From Botryllus schlosseri (taxonomy: Eukaryota): DNA of 64,000 bases. Both the position numbers and the translations under genes were made by a program. Shown one piece after another: positions 13,501 through 28,500 of this stretch (the first letter of the stretch is position 1; each line of letters begins with the position of its first letter). The stretch is from contig CM119375.1 of assembly GCA_051294905.1 (NCBI GenBank), positions 3,782,001-3,846,000 of the forward strand. Reading direction: 5' to 3'. The notes beneath the pieces were generated by a model, which was not told the origin of the DNA, ran no database searches, and was given only the letters and a program-made list of their open reading frames with translations.

Positions 13501-16500
13501 ATTGTTAATAAACATAAAATGATCTTCCCAATTCTATATTAGTTGCTGACTCATGTCATAGTCATGGCTGGCTGCAATTGAGAACCTGAATGATTAAGTT
13601 TTCGAGTATCTCTCAATTTGCTGGTTGGAGGACTTGGAAAGTTCAAATAAGCAACATGTATGCTTTTATCCAAATATGTAACTTTTCTTATCATAGAATC
13701 TCTCTACTCTAATCATATCATTACAATTCAAAGTCGAGTACTCGAATCATTGTGCCGAACTATTGTCATAATACCATGTATGAATATCACCTTTGCTTTC
13801 TTGGATTAATATTGAATCAGTCGGTGCGGACGCGTCTCCATGACCCTGGGTGTTTACAGCTTTAACTCTAAATACCCAGTGAGTATCAGTTTCCAACCCC
13901 TTCACAACACATCTGGCATCGCTGTCTTTGGTTCGTTGATCCAAGACAAATTCGAGATCAGTCTCTTTCTTCTTTTCCACAATGTAATCTGACATGAATT
14001 GTGGTTAAGTGAGGAAATGTCTTTGATTCGAATCAAATTTCCGTACTTGTAATTTTAGACCCGCCATCTTCCTTTGGAGCGGTCCAACTCAACGTGATAG
14101 TGGTGGCGGTCACGTTGGAATGTGTTAGATTAGTAGGTACACCAGGTGGTGTTAATGGGTCCTCGGCCAGGACTGAATCAGGTAGCTCCACATATGCACC
14201 CTTCCCGTACTTGGTAACGGCACAAACGCGGAAATAATAACGCTTGCCTCTTCGTAAATCTGACGCACTTAGTTCATTGACATCCGAATCCGCAACCTGA
14301 GCATTATTGGATGAAATAGATTTGCAGAAATAAATTTATAATAAGAAGAAATATCATTTACTTTCACCCATGCTTTACGCCCTTCCTCTTTCCTCTCAAC
14401 GCAGTAGGAGGTTATTTCCGAGCCTCCATTGTCAACAGGAGCATCCCAGGACAAGTAACATGATGTGGCTGTGATTTCGTCTGCCTTGAAGTTGCTTACA
14501 ATACCTGGTTTAGCTGTGGAGTCAGAAAAATGTATTACTATATGGAAAAAGTGACGATACAGAACTTGGAAACTGTCTAAATCTTCATTAATAACAGCTC
14601 TGCTTCTGGGATGATTAATATTAACAATGTTAAAGAGTTTTGATACAATAGAGCTTGCAGGAAACATCGGTGTAATTTTGGGTATGTCCTGTTTAGAAGA
14701 AACAAGTATAGAAAAAGATGTTGCGAATATGATTTGGAATGATATGTGATGATGATTAATGTGTGAACATAAGTATTTGCAGAAATACGCCCTTCAAACA
14801 CCTGCAATTATCAAAAATATATAGTATCATAAATTTGTAATTTTTATGCGAGTAAATGCAAGATAACTCACCAAACACATACACTCGAAATTCACATTCC
14901 GCTTTTCCTTGCGAGTTGATCAAAATCGCCTTGAAGATTCCGTTGTCTAATTTCCGTTTTGATTTCTCAATTTCCAATTTGGTCAAATTCTCGGAGGAAG
15001 ATATGTTCACTCGGCTATCATCCGACAGAGCTATGTCGCTATTGCTGCGTGACCACGTCACACTGGGCACAGGGATACCAAACATTGGGACCTCCAGTAT
15101 CAATGATTCGGGCTCCAGCAACGTAATGGTTTGTTGATCTTCAGAAATTTCACATTTTGGTGGTCCTGTGTGAGAATATTTATAGGTTTAATGTTGAAAT
15201 TGTAGATATGCTTGAGAATATTGGATCGATTACTCAGGTCAACTTAACAGGCAATAATTTGATAATATTTAAAATCATTCAAAAGAATTACCGGTAACTG
15301 AGATTATATTCAGGTATTAGAAAGTTTGTAGGCAATTACATGTTTTTAAATTAAATTAAATTAAATAAATTAAATTAAATAATGGAAATGATATTCATGT
15401 ATTAGACAGTTTGAGGGCAACTAGGTCCTTTCATACAGCATTTTAAAGCATTAAACTTAAATAGTGAAGATGATATTTATGTATTAGAAATGTGAGTGCA
15501 ACTAGGTGTATTCATATAGCATTTTAAATCAATCAAATTAAAAAAAATGGTGAAGATATTCAGGCAATAAAAGGTTTGTTCACATCTAATATTCCATTAA
15601 AGAGGTATTGCATGAAGTTGAAAGAACTGCTACAGGTGTCGTATAAGAAAAAAAGGCATACTTGGTTTTTCCTGAGCTTTGATAAACTGCGTCGCATCAC
15701 TGGGTGCTCCTTTCCCAGCTTTATTCACAGCGCATACTCTAAACGCGTATTCCTCGCTTTCTATCAAATCTTCAACTTTACACGATTTGGTGTCTCGTCC
15801 TGAAACAGTGGCTGCCTTTTCCCATAACCCTTTGTCGTCCGCTTTATCGCATCGTTCGATAACATAGCCAGTGATGAAAGATCCGCCGTCATCGGCAGGA
15901 CATGCCCACGATAAATCGATGGTAGTCTTGGTTTGGTTGTCGTAAAGTAGGTGAAGAGGTTTGGATGGTGGATCTGTAGACAGTAAAATAACTCTGTAAG
16001 TCTATACACAATTACAAGTAAAGTAATTGATTTTAAAGATGTAGTAGCTCAAGTGGAACCAGGGAATTAAAGGTACGATAATTACTCTGGAAAATAGTTT
16101 AAAAATATCCAAACATATCCAGAAACCCCTTTGTCAAAGAATCTGTTGAGTGCTAGGTAAAAATTAGCAGTAGTTCGTTACTCTAATCACCTACAGCGTG
16201 AACTTCATTATGTTACAATGTGAATTATCTGTACGTCACTATTTCAGTATTTACAGGCAACAGTATCTTACCTATGGGATCTTCAATCTTAATCAAGTCA
16301 GTGGGCAGGCTCGGTTCACTGCTTCCAAATTGATTTTCCGCGGACACTCTGAAATAGTACTGGCAATTCTCCAGTATTTCAGGCGGAGTGACGACCGTTT
16401 TCAATTCGCTGCCTTCGGACACGGCGCAGCACAACCATCTGCAACAAAGTACCGAATATTCATATCTAAATATTAGGAGACTCTTGGAGGTATCGAACTT

Positions 16501-19500
16501 CAACAAACAATTGAATAATATATTGATATTGAAATTTATATAAACCAAAATATTTTGGTCTGGCACTCGACAGGGATAATTGCCATCAACTAAAAGAAAA
16601 TTAGAAAGAACTTGTACGTCAACAATCGTATCTACAAATATGACAACATGGGTACGGAAATTCAAATAGCCGAGGTGAACAGATTACTTAAACTCAACGC
16701 AATATTTTAGATTATACACAAAGTCTTTCTGTTGGGCCAAACTAGGTTGGATTATTACAGTAGTTCCCAAACGGTGGGGAATTCAATGGTTTCTGGTGGG
16801 GAATACCAGCATTTGTTCAAAATTATATACAGGACAGTCTACATATTCACGGAGACACATGCGCAATTACCTTTACCAGTTAACTGCTCTGGAATGTATG
16901 TATCGACTATATTCTGTGTTGTTCACAAAACCTCATTTTTAACTCTGGATGGCCAATCAGGGCGTCACAAACGTATCCAGCACGACTAGTTTGACATGAA
17001 ATAACGCTTTCGCGAAATTTTGAGCGTTACTGGTATCGGTTCACAATACGTTTTATGTTGCAGTTATAGGCGATTGTCTTGCGTACTGGTGCGGTTGTGT
17101 GTCTTGTGTAGTTAAACCAGCAAATAGCTGCTCTGTGATGACAAAAGTGCTGGGTAGTGGGGAACAGGGCCGTACCTGCCGCATCCCAAACCGCAACGTT
17201 TTCAAAAAAATAGCGCCGGCTGCGCGATTTAATATTGCTGAATATCTGATTATTGGGTACCCGTCCCCCACGGAAAGACGTAGAATTTATAGAAATTGAG
17301 ACTTCGGAGTCGGCCATTACTGCGGCACGACGCACCTAGGCATATGAAGGTAAAGGCCATGTAACATGCAACTCCGAGAAGTGTGTCAGAACGATCAGCA
17401 GCGAGAAGACCTTGACCGAGAAGGAATGCCCTTGTGGTGACCCAAAACTTCGATATATATACAATATACATATATGTTTAATTGGCTAAATGGCTGGCAC
17501 CGAATTTTCTTGTCCTGGCAATCTGAACACCATAGGAAAAATGTCATCCCGCAGGGAAAAATTATTTACCAGTCAAGCAATACCAATTTGAAATCGTGTG
17601 TGCCTAAGTTTTGGCGATTTCCACATCTTTTGACATAGCAGATCTAAGAGGTCACGAAATGGCATAATGTATAACGAAGTCAATATACCAATGGGTCCGT
17701 CCGAAGATGTTCAATTCTTTATTCAGGGGTCCTACCTTTCCCAACACACCTCACTCAGCTCTACCGGTAAATCTGATTACGTGAGCAAAGAGGGGATAAA
17801 AGATTGATAGCAAAATATATGCAATTCCCGATCATAATGGCCGATTCAAACATGAATTATATACACTTTTTCGCGCTTCGCGCATTTAGTAGAAGTAAGG
17901 CGACGTACTAAGTCGTAGACCCAATGTAGCTGATAAGTTGCAGGAAAAAAACGTACAGGCTCAACGGGGCTGAGGGGGTTCTGGGGCCAATGACCAACGT
18001 TTTTTTCCGGGGCTGATCAAGTGCTGTTACGGTCCTGTGGTGGGGAATGAAGGCTCGGAAGACATCTGATGTGGGGAATGAAGACAAAAAGGTTGGGAAC
18101 CACTGGATTATCATCAATATAATATTCAATTGCATATTCAAATATGTTGGTTACGGATTTTTTAAGTAACTTACGCTGTGTTGAGCTTGTTTCTGCATTC
18201 AACGACATAACGGGTGACAGGTGAACCTCCATCAAAAGCAGGTGGCACCCATTTCAAGTTGACATGGTCAGCATACACTTCTGCAGCCGTTAATTTCTGC
18301 GGCGGTTGGGGAGGTTCTGCAGAAGAGAAACTCATCTTGCCTCTGAATATTGAATGTCTGGAATATTTCTTACCGAACTTTGATTTTACGAGAATTGGCT
18401 CGTGAACTTCGCTTGGTTGTGACAGGCCCACTTTGTTCTCGCAAGATACACGGAACAGGTATTTGTTGCCTTCCGTAAGATCGTCAATCTGAAAAAGTTC
18501 ACCCAGTTCCAGATATGCTATTTGGATCGTGAAACCGACCACCTCAGCTTAATAATATTGATTTACCAATTGCTAATCTTATCAATCTCTCAATTTAAAT
18601 TATCAAATGATTCAAACAAAATCTCAATATCAATCATTGAAATATATGTCAAGGAATAAAGCAACATGGGCTGATCTAAGATGAAAATTCTTCCTCAAAC
18701 TACAAATAACCATGCCTTAATCAGTATTATTATATAGTCATGGTAGTGAACAAAGAATTAATTCTGAACCATGTAGTCACCGTGATCTCCGTATCTCCAA
18801 GATTATCGGCGACAGTGCGCCACATTTTCCTTTTAATATCCCTCTTCTCGACCACAAAATGAGTGATGGGCGCTCCGCCATCTTCCTCAGGCTCTTCCCA
18901 TTGCAGAGCAACAGAATCGGATGTGATACTGGTCACAATCAAATTCAGAGGAGAGTCAGGTTTGTCTGCCAAAAGAACCAATAGCTAGATGTGAGCGCAT
19001 ATCGAGCAGTTATGTATTCTACCGATTACGGTGATGTTGAACGGAGCTGAGTTCTTTCCGTGTTTGTTGGATACCGATATTAGATATTGACCGCTTTGGT
19101 CTCTCTTCATCTTCTTGAAGAGCATTTTAATTCTGTCGCCTGTAATCTCCCAGTTTTTTTCCAGGCTGATTAGATTCTTTTCAGTCTCCTGCGCATTTCA
19201 ATATCATGGAAACTATTAGTCACCAGAAACCTAAACACTGGGCAATCATAATCAATGAGGAATATAGTTATAAATGTCCCACTTTTATCGAGATATAGGA
19301 TTTTTAGTAGAAATATCATATAATCTCAATAATGTATTGAAGTCATGATGACGATTTTATAGCAATATACAAAATCCAACGCACGATAGTAAACTGCATG
19401 GAAAACTACCAACAGGACTTAGGTCTCTGCCAGATATATTTCCTGCAACTCATGCCAAATTCTGCTAATATTCACAAATTCCATCCGAAATAACTTTGTC

Positions 19501-22500
19501 TTTTCTCCCCCACTGTGTATGCAAGTAAATCTTGAAGCTATTGTGGGAATAGGTGATTCAAGTAATTGCCAAAGTTGACCACATTAGTACATGTCTTCTA
19601 CCAGTGTAGCAATAAAACTGATTACATAATGAATATATCATTAGAATGTATATTATTTTGGAAGATACTCTTGGAGGTAAGGAACTTTAATATTCAATTG
19701 CATAATATATTTATATTACGATAAATCCAAATATTTTCAGCTGACACTCGTCGGGGGGTAATCGACACCAACTAGTAAAGAATTGAGAAAAACATTTCAT
19801 GGCAATAATAATCGCATCAATAAATATGACACTACCTGCATGAAAATTCGAATAATTGAGGCGAACAGATAGCTTAAGCTGCATGAACTAATTTTGGATT
19901 ATACATGAATTCCTTCTGTTGAAAGGATGACAGATTTCGATAAAATATATAAGTTTTAAAGAGCCTCTTTGAGGTACAGAACTTGTGTATTGTATATATC
20001 AATCAAAAATCAAAAAGGCATTTAGCAGTCCAGAACTTCAATATTGCAGCAAACAAGACATTTGTATTGCCAAATTTATTCCACTCGAAGCTTTTCGATG
20101 GACTGTCATCAGGAGCGAACGTCAGTGAATGTGATTGATAAAATTCGAAATAGCCTATAGAACTAACCTTGTATAAAGTTACTTTCGGTTTTGGGATGGC
20201 TTTGTACGTAGCGATAACTTCCACGTTTCCATCGCATTTCGTAGTGATTTCGTTGTCATCAATGAATATTGTCGGTTTAACCGCAACGTCCACAATCCCT
20301 TCTGTTTCGCAAATAACCGTCGAACATTTGGCCGAGTATTTTCCGCGGTCTTCCTCGTCAAAATCATCAATTTCGAGAACATGTCTCTTGCCGTTGTCTT
20401 CGATTTTGATGGATATTTTGCGATTTTCTTTCACGATATCTCCGTCACAACGCCACACTATGTCGAGGTTGCGTTTGTTGAGTTCGCATACAAGTTTGAC
20501 CGACGTCCCGGGCTTGAAGCTCGTGTTGTACAGTCCTTTCGTGAAACGCAGTTGGGCTTCTGTAACTTTTAGTTTGGCAGAAGTCTTTCTCCCGTTGCAG
20601 TGGCATGTGTAAGTTTTCTGAAATTTGAAAACTACGTTTTGAGATAGCAAAATCTTGCAAAAATTTGCGACATCAATAAAAGTTTTAAAAAACACACAAT
20701 ATTGTTGTGTTTACCTAATCTTCACCCATCGTACGATGAAAAATCATTAGTTTCCGTTTTCGTCAATTCATTTCCGACTTCAAATAATATTACAAAATTC
20801 TCAAAACACGCAATATTATCATATTTTGCCTCTCCCCCCCAATTCCACGATAACCAATTATGAGACTCCATATATGTAAAAAAACTTGAATGAAGCTTCA
20901 ATAAAAATTTCAAATCTCAAATTTTAACCTTTCTTTCCTAATTCTGTAATCATAACATCTTTTAAAAAATAATTTTGGACTCTGATGAAAATAACAAAAG
21001 CGTCAAAAGACACAATATCGTCCTGTTTACCCCATCTTCCCAATTCTACATCATTAAAGGGGCAGTGCTCTCTAAAAATGATGTGGTCTCAAATTGAAGG
21101 GCAGAACGAAAAAAAATATTTGGCCGCAGCCGTTTCTGCAGAACGCCACCTACAGAGCTGCAATGTATTGAAATTTCCACAAACACATCACGCTCCAGCA
21201 GTCACACAAAGATCGAATTTTATATAGTTGTCAGCCGATGTTATGAAGGAAATACGTTGTACACGACAGAAATAGAATACACTAGGCCTGATTTTGACAT
21301 CAATCTCCCGACTGAACATCTTCCGTTGAACGCGGTATCTAAACCACCTTGGCGTGTACGACCTATTTCCGTCATAACATCGGCTGACAACTATATAAAG
21401 TTCGATCTTTGCATGACTGCTGGAGCGTGATGTGTTTATGGAAATTTCAATACATTGCAGCTCCATTACGATGGCGTTCTGAAGAAAACGGCTTCGGCCA
21501 AATTTTTTTTTTTTTAGTTTGCCCGTCAATTTGAGACCACATCATTTTTAGAGTGCAGTGTCCCTTTAAACTCCGTTTTAGTAACAAAATTTCGGACTTG
21601 AATATAAATTACTATATTTCAATCGCAACAAGTGTACTGTTTACCTCATCTTCCCCCATTCTACAATCATTAATCATCAGACTCCGTTTTCTTCCAGACG
21701 CAACCACATTCATTCTTCCAGTCCCGTCTCCGAAATTCACCGGTACACCATCAATAGTCCATTGCACTTCACCACTTTCGTTGGACAATTCAACGGTAAA
21801 CACGGCGCGAGTCATTTCTTCCACTTCTAGGTCGCTCAAGTCTGTTTTCAATTCGGCACAAGTCGGCACGACAAACAGTTTAGCCTTGCAAATGCTCTGT
21901 TCAATCTGCACAATTGGAATTGCGTTTTGTTAAGATACTGGAAACAGAGTTACATTTTCCAGAGTAACAGATAGGAAAGTTAAAAAAATAGAAAAACATT
22001 TGATCAAACATGAAAATTTAGATTGTTGGCTAAACCGAACCCTACGTTGATTAAGCTGTGGTGAATATTAGTCCTGCCCCGGATACATAAAGTGATAATT
22101 TATATTCATAGACAGAGAGTTAATGAACCAGGTTGAACATATTAAATCTATGTAACAAGATAAAGACAATTAAAATACGTCCTGCAAATTTCTAATGTTC
22201 TAAAAACTGGATTGACCATCAGGCTGATATTTTGTGATCTTTTTCAAGCTCAACGTCCAATCTCGCACTATACACTTTTTACATACTCAACAATAAACTA
22301 GCTACTGCTTAGCATCATCAAACAATAATTTGATCCTACAGAAAACATATGGTGACATTTTCCATACTGCGACCCACCTTAGCTGATATTATTGATCTGT
22401 CATCACGAATACAGCATTGTGCGATTTCCAAAACATATTTGTTATCGACATTCGTCATGACAGCATCATCCTCTCCTGTTAGTTCGACATCATTTTTGTA

Positions 22501-25500
22501 CCAGGTGATCTGTCACAAAAAGAATCCAGAGTTTACATATGTCACACTACATTGAATCAATGTATCAGTACGATGTATGGAGATTAATATTCATGAAAAT
22601 TCAACAGGAACAAATCCTGTGGAGAACATTGTAAAATCTATACTCTTCAAATGCATATAAACCTGAATATGGTCAGCTGACACTTGTCAGGCGCAATTGT
22701 CAGTAACTAGCAGGGAATTAAATAGAACGTCGTATGTCAACAGTCACAGATGAAATCATGTACAATTTATGATATCAGGACATATGTGCTACGTGTATTT
22801 GGGAATTAAACATTAAACAGGCTCTTAGAAGTACAAAACTTCAGTATTGCAACAAATAATATGTTTATAATGCCAAATTTGTTCCACTCAATGCCTTTTG
22901 ACTGACTCTCATCAGGTGCGAAGGTCACAAAATGCAGTTAATCAAATTAGAAAGATAACAAGAATAAAACTGTCATACCGGCACTCCTGGTTTATTCGAG
23001 ATGCACACAAATCTTGCGGTTTCGTTCTCAACAGCTTTAACATCGTCAGGCGGAATTTCAATACCGACAGGCACCACTTTCAAAGACGCCGTTGCTTCCT
23101 TGTTCCCACATAGTATTTTCACGTCTCCCGAGTCCTCGATTTCCGCTTTGGATACAGTCAAAGACCTCTTACATCCATCTGAGGTGACGGTACATCGGGA
23201 GTTTGAAATTGGTGTTCCGTTTAGCATCCAGGTCGAAGAGTATTTCTCTTTCGTGACCTCGCAAGTGAAAGTAATGTCTTCTCCTTTGCAGCATTTGATG
23301 TCTTGTGGGGTTGACATGAATCCAGGTTGAATTTCTGAAATAGGTTTCGGAGATTTGACATAACAGTTATGTAACTCGAAACAAAAGCTACCAGCAATGC
23401 CGTAATTCTATTTTTACATATAATAATGTAGATTTTGTGTAATTGAACTAAATACTAAAGAATCTGTGTTTTTTGTCTACTTGAAATTTTACTTGAAATT
23501 TTTCTTATAAAAACTACTTATATCATGAGTCAGTGTGTATGTCGCGACAACATCAATCACACAAATATACGACATTGTATTCCTATTTCCATGACCTAAT
23601 AGGTGAGTCACAATTGCTGGAAAACTATATTACCAGTAACTGTCAAGTTGGCAGAGCATCGCGTATCCTGGCCCACGATCTGGTTTGTATATTCCCCTGC
23701 CTCGTCCATACCAACATCGTCGATTAGTAGTCTCCTGAATACATCGTCTGACAGAAATATGACGCGATCCGTCTCATGCAGCAGTTCGTTTCCAATCATC
23801 CATTCCACTTCTGCGTTCGGACGCGAAAGTCGGCATTCGAACACGACGTTGTCTCGTTCTGTCGCATCCAAGTTTTTCAAATGCTCAACGTAGTACGCAG
23901 GCGGGTCATCGACCCACAGTAAAGCACTGGTGGATATGTCACCCTCAATCTCGCATGTGATACAATTCCTAGACAGAAATAGGCTAGTTTGAAGAAAATA
24001 TCTGAAGTATAGCAGATTGAATTGGAGAGAAGAAATATTAATTCATTTTGAAATCAAAGACAATGACCAAAGGTGGTTCAAGTAATCACCGTTCGTCCTC
24101 AAGTAGAAATAGAAGTAGCACAGTTAATTTCTACTCAAACAAAGTAGGAGAGGTGATTTCCAAGCATGCATTCTACCCGTAGAATTACCTTAAAACTGAA
24201 AGCGATTAGCAGAATATAAGTCTTCTTGTGATTAATTATTTTGTTACTGATTGCCTCTGACAATTATTATTATGGAATTTATTTTTGTTATAAGCTCAAC
24301 AGTCCAGGAATTACTTAATGTAAAATAAAGAATTAAAATAATATATTCATACTGAAATAAATCCGAATATTTTAGGCTGACACTCATCAGGGGTAGTCGT
24401 CAATAACTTGTAAAGTAGTAAGTAGGACATTGTTAATAAACAATTGTATTAACCATTACCTGTCATCTTCCACACATTCTTTTATCGTGAGACTCCTGGT
24501 TTTGTATTCCTCCGAAATCACAAATTTTTCTTGATCGCTGTCGATCATCCTTTTATCGTCTCCCGATCCGATAAACCAAGATACCTTCGCGTCACGCGGA
24601 GACACGACACAAGACATAACGCCGACACCCATATGTGGCACAGAGACGTCTGCTAACTCTTGTAAGAACTTTGTAGGAGCACCTTACGAATACGCAATGC
24701 TTTATGGAGATTTACTACAACTAATATATAGCTACACATACTTTCAACTGCCACAATGGCGGACGATTCAGCAAATCTGACGAGAACTTTATATTTTCCG
24801 GAATCGCTGATTCCGCACCATGGCAGAGTCAAGCTTCTTGTAGTTCCATGACATACAGAGACTGCATTTGCACCCAGTATCACAGGCTGGTCATCTTTAT
24901 ACCAAACCGCTTGTGCTGTATCATTTGATACTTCACAAGAGAGCACGAGTTGGTCTTTTTCAAATAGAACTTGATTTTCGAGTGGTTTTGTGATGATGAC
25001 GCCGTCTGAAAACGCAATCACAAAATTATGGCACAATTATATAATTGGAAAGATTGAATTTGGAGTTGGTAAAATCAGGTATGAGTAACCTACGTTTATA
25101 CAAAGCATAAATTTAATCACATTCTTCCAATCTTGAAGTAATGATCTTACCTGGTTCTGATTTTTCCTAATATAATTTCATTATTTCACTACAAGACTGC
25201 TGTTCTATGTAATGATAGGAAGATATTGAAGCGACTTGGAGAACTTTTTCAGTCAGACACTCACCTTACTATATTATTGTTATTACATAGAAGAACCAAC
25301 TTGTCCAAAATTTGGAAAATCTTAAAAAGTATCCGTGATTGTGTCTCATTCTATAGATTACACTGGTCTACAAATTTGAACTTTTTTTTCAGGTTTGGGT
25401 TTTGACAACTGATTGAAATTCTGATGCAATAAACACTGTTTTACCTGTATTAATCTAGCTTTAATTAGCAAACAAGCATTCTATATTCGATTCACGCAAA

Positions 25501-28500
25501 TCTGAGTTGTTTTTATTAAAACTTTATGCCCCGGAATAAAAAAAATAGGCATGCAAAAGAGCAACCATAATAATTATTGATAAAATACAACAATGAGCCT
25601 GAAAGAAGCTTACAGGAAAGCCGTTAAGATTTCGGGCAAAGCGTTTGATAGTAGCTGCTCAAGAATGGGTGTGCCACCGACCATAGAACGGCGAGAAGAC
25701 TAGTAATCACATAATCACGGCTCTTGATTGGCTAATCGGCTATGCTTCAATGATCACAGCAGCAGCAGCTTGCTGATTAGGTGTTCAAGGAGTCTGCTAC
25801 CGGCGGGGGTTCTGCAAGCGCATTGTTGGTAGGTTCGCAGATGATGATTTAAGATTTATTCAGGACATGTTGAGGTAAGAAATACATGATGAACAAACAA
25901 CAGCTGCTTCACAAACCCTTTTACAGCATGAGTGCTTTATTGTGAAGGAAGCGGCTGTAGCCTACACGCCGTGTGTTATCGAGGAAAAGCAAAGGCGCTT
26001 ATGCAAGGGGTGAACGAATTCCCCGTACATGCTTGATGATTATCGGATCTAACCTGTCACTGTCATATTTGCCGTGACTTGGTCCGCCCCGCATTTGCAT
26101 GTGTATTGTCCCACGTCAGACTTCGATATTGCTTTAACGATTAAAGATCTCTGCTTGCCAGTAGCTATTATTTCATACTTGTTGTCTCCGTTCTGAATTT
26201 CCGTGTCACCGAAAAACCACTGCACCACTCCTGACAGCCTGAAAAAGTTTGGAGTTTGAAATTGGAGTTTCATTTCATTTACGGGTAATGGGCAACTTAT
26301 GGTTGAATAACAAATCTAGACACTTAGCATCTTGCACAGGGTATAAACTGCATATGCAATATGCAGCTACAGATATAGAAGTAGCATTACTTAGTAATTG
26401 GACATGCGAACGTAGCTGTCGGTTGAAATTCCTCAGCTTCAACATCTTTTAATTTGCCAGCCAGCTTGGCTTGTGATTCCTGGATATGCAATTTGGCTTT
26501 TGTTGAAGTATTTTTCACCTTGCAGTGAATAAGAGATTCGTCTCTTTGCTACAAAATAACAGATGTTATATTTGAAAAACATAATATTCAATGATAGTGC
26601 TACTTACATTGAGATTGTTGATCGTCAAAGCCAATTTTGTCCCTTCGTGATGAAGATGGTATTTCTCTGAACTTTCAATGAGTTTATTTCCAAGAAACCA
26701 AGCGACGGCCACTGGTTTCACTGTGTCAATTTCACATTCCAAAGTGGCATTTTCACCTTCCACGCCAATGGTCTTCTGCAAAGGCTTCACGAAACATACT
26801 TCCAACTCTGAAATATGGTATACGTGTTTTCATTCATGATCATATATACAGAATTATATGTAAACTTCATATTTACAAAAATAGCTAACAAAACGTATCA
26901 GATGCCATAAAAGCTATGTCCAATTGATTAGTATATTCATATTGAAACAGACCATAATATTTTCAAAAATCGCCCGTCAGTATAGTATAGAATTGCAGAA
27001 ATCCTGTATATCATTGTCAGCCGAATATTAGAGTAATTTGTAATGCGTACCTGTCACAGTTAGGTTCATAGAGGATTGATTGTCAAATGAATCACAAGTC
27101 CATGTTGATTGATCCTCTAATGAAGCACTTGATATCCGTAGCCTTCGTATTACATCGTAGGCTTCAGGGATAAATCTGTATATGATAAGTTGTGTGCATA
27201 TCCGATAAATGATAAGAATTGTCCATTGCACCATACCTTTCATTTGCCGCTATTTCCTCTCCGTTTCGAAGCCATCTGACATTTCTGTTACTTCTACTTA
27301 CTGAGCATTCCAAAACAACTTCATCAAATTCCATACATGCGACATCATTGAGACTGCTTGCGAATGACACGGGCGGTTCTGAAAATGTTAAATATCACAT
27401 GAGCAACAAGAAACAATAAAATACTTCAATAAGTGTGAATAAAGTCCACTTGACATGCAGAGTATAATATCAAAATCAAATATAATCTTGAAACAGTTTT
27501 TCACAGCATAATGAAATTTAAAATGAATACAAACCGACCTATCACAAAAAGCTTGGCTTCTGACACTGCTTTCTTGGAAGTGAATTTGATCGCTGATGGA
27601 TCTCCCAACTTGCACCGATGCAGCTTCAAAATATGCTGCTTTCCGTTGCTGATTATCTCAACCTTTTTACCGGCTTTGAGCTTTTTGCCGTCTGCAACAG
27701 ACATGGTATTATCAATACAGCATCGCCACATAATGAAGAAAGAAAATTACCTTTATACCAAGCCAATGGTATTTCATCATAATTAGTCTCTACTTTGAAT
27801 GTAGCTGTTGTTTTTTCGATCGCCGTGATGTCTTCCAAAGGCTTGATTATCTTTACAGTATATTCTGCAATGGCAGTGTGCAAAAGTTTTTGAATAAATA
27901 AAGTTGAAGAACAACAAATTTGGTGGATTTGTCTAGATAGCAATAATATTAGAATTGTATATTACATTCATATTGGAATAAATCTAAATATTTTTGGATG
28001 GCTATAATCAGGATTCAATCTTCAGCACCAAGTAAAAGTTTTAGAGGAACTTTGTATATCAACAACCATATAACCAAATATGAAAATGTCCCAACTCAGG
28101 GTATGCCAATTGCAGTAAAATCTGATAATAGTATATTGAGTATAAGCCATCTCTTCGCCTCCATTATTCGAATTTCCTGTGCAAGTGACGTCATATTTGG
28201 TGAAACACCGGTTGATAAAGTTCTTTTCAATTCTCAGCTAGTTGCTGACGATAACCCCTGACAAGTGTCAGCCGAAAATATTGGAGTTTATTTCAATATG
28301 GATATATTATTCCGTTGCACACCTAAGTTCTGTAGCTCCGAGTGTCTCTGCAACAATAATATCTGCGACATACCTTCAACGTAAAGCATTGACGTTGACC
28401 TTTCCTCTTCTGCATGCGCAGATATCTCCGCTCTGTCATCGTCCAAAGCTGCGCTGTGAATTATCATCCAGTGCCGCTTGTCCTCTACGCCGAAAGTAAA

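Noticed and set aside
25560-26030. GC-richer intronic stretch, possibly a SINE or TE body
   Set aside because: No termini, TSD, Pol III boxes or second copy in the window; cannot be assigned.
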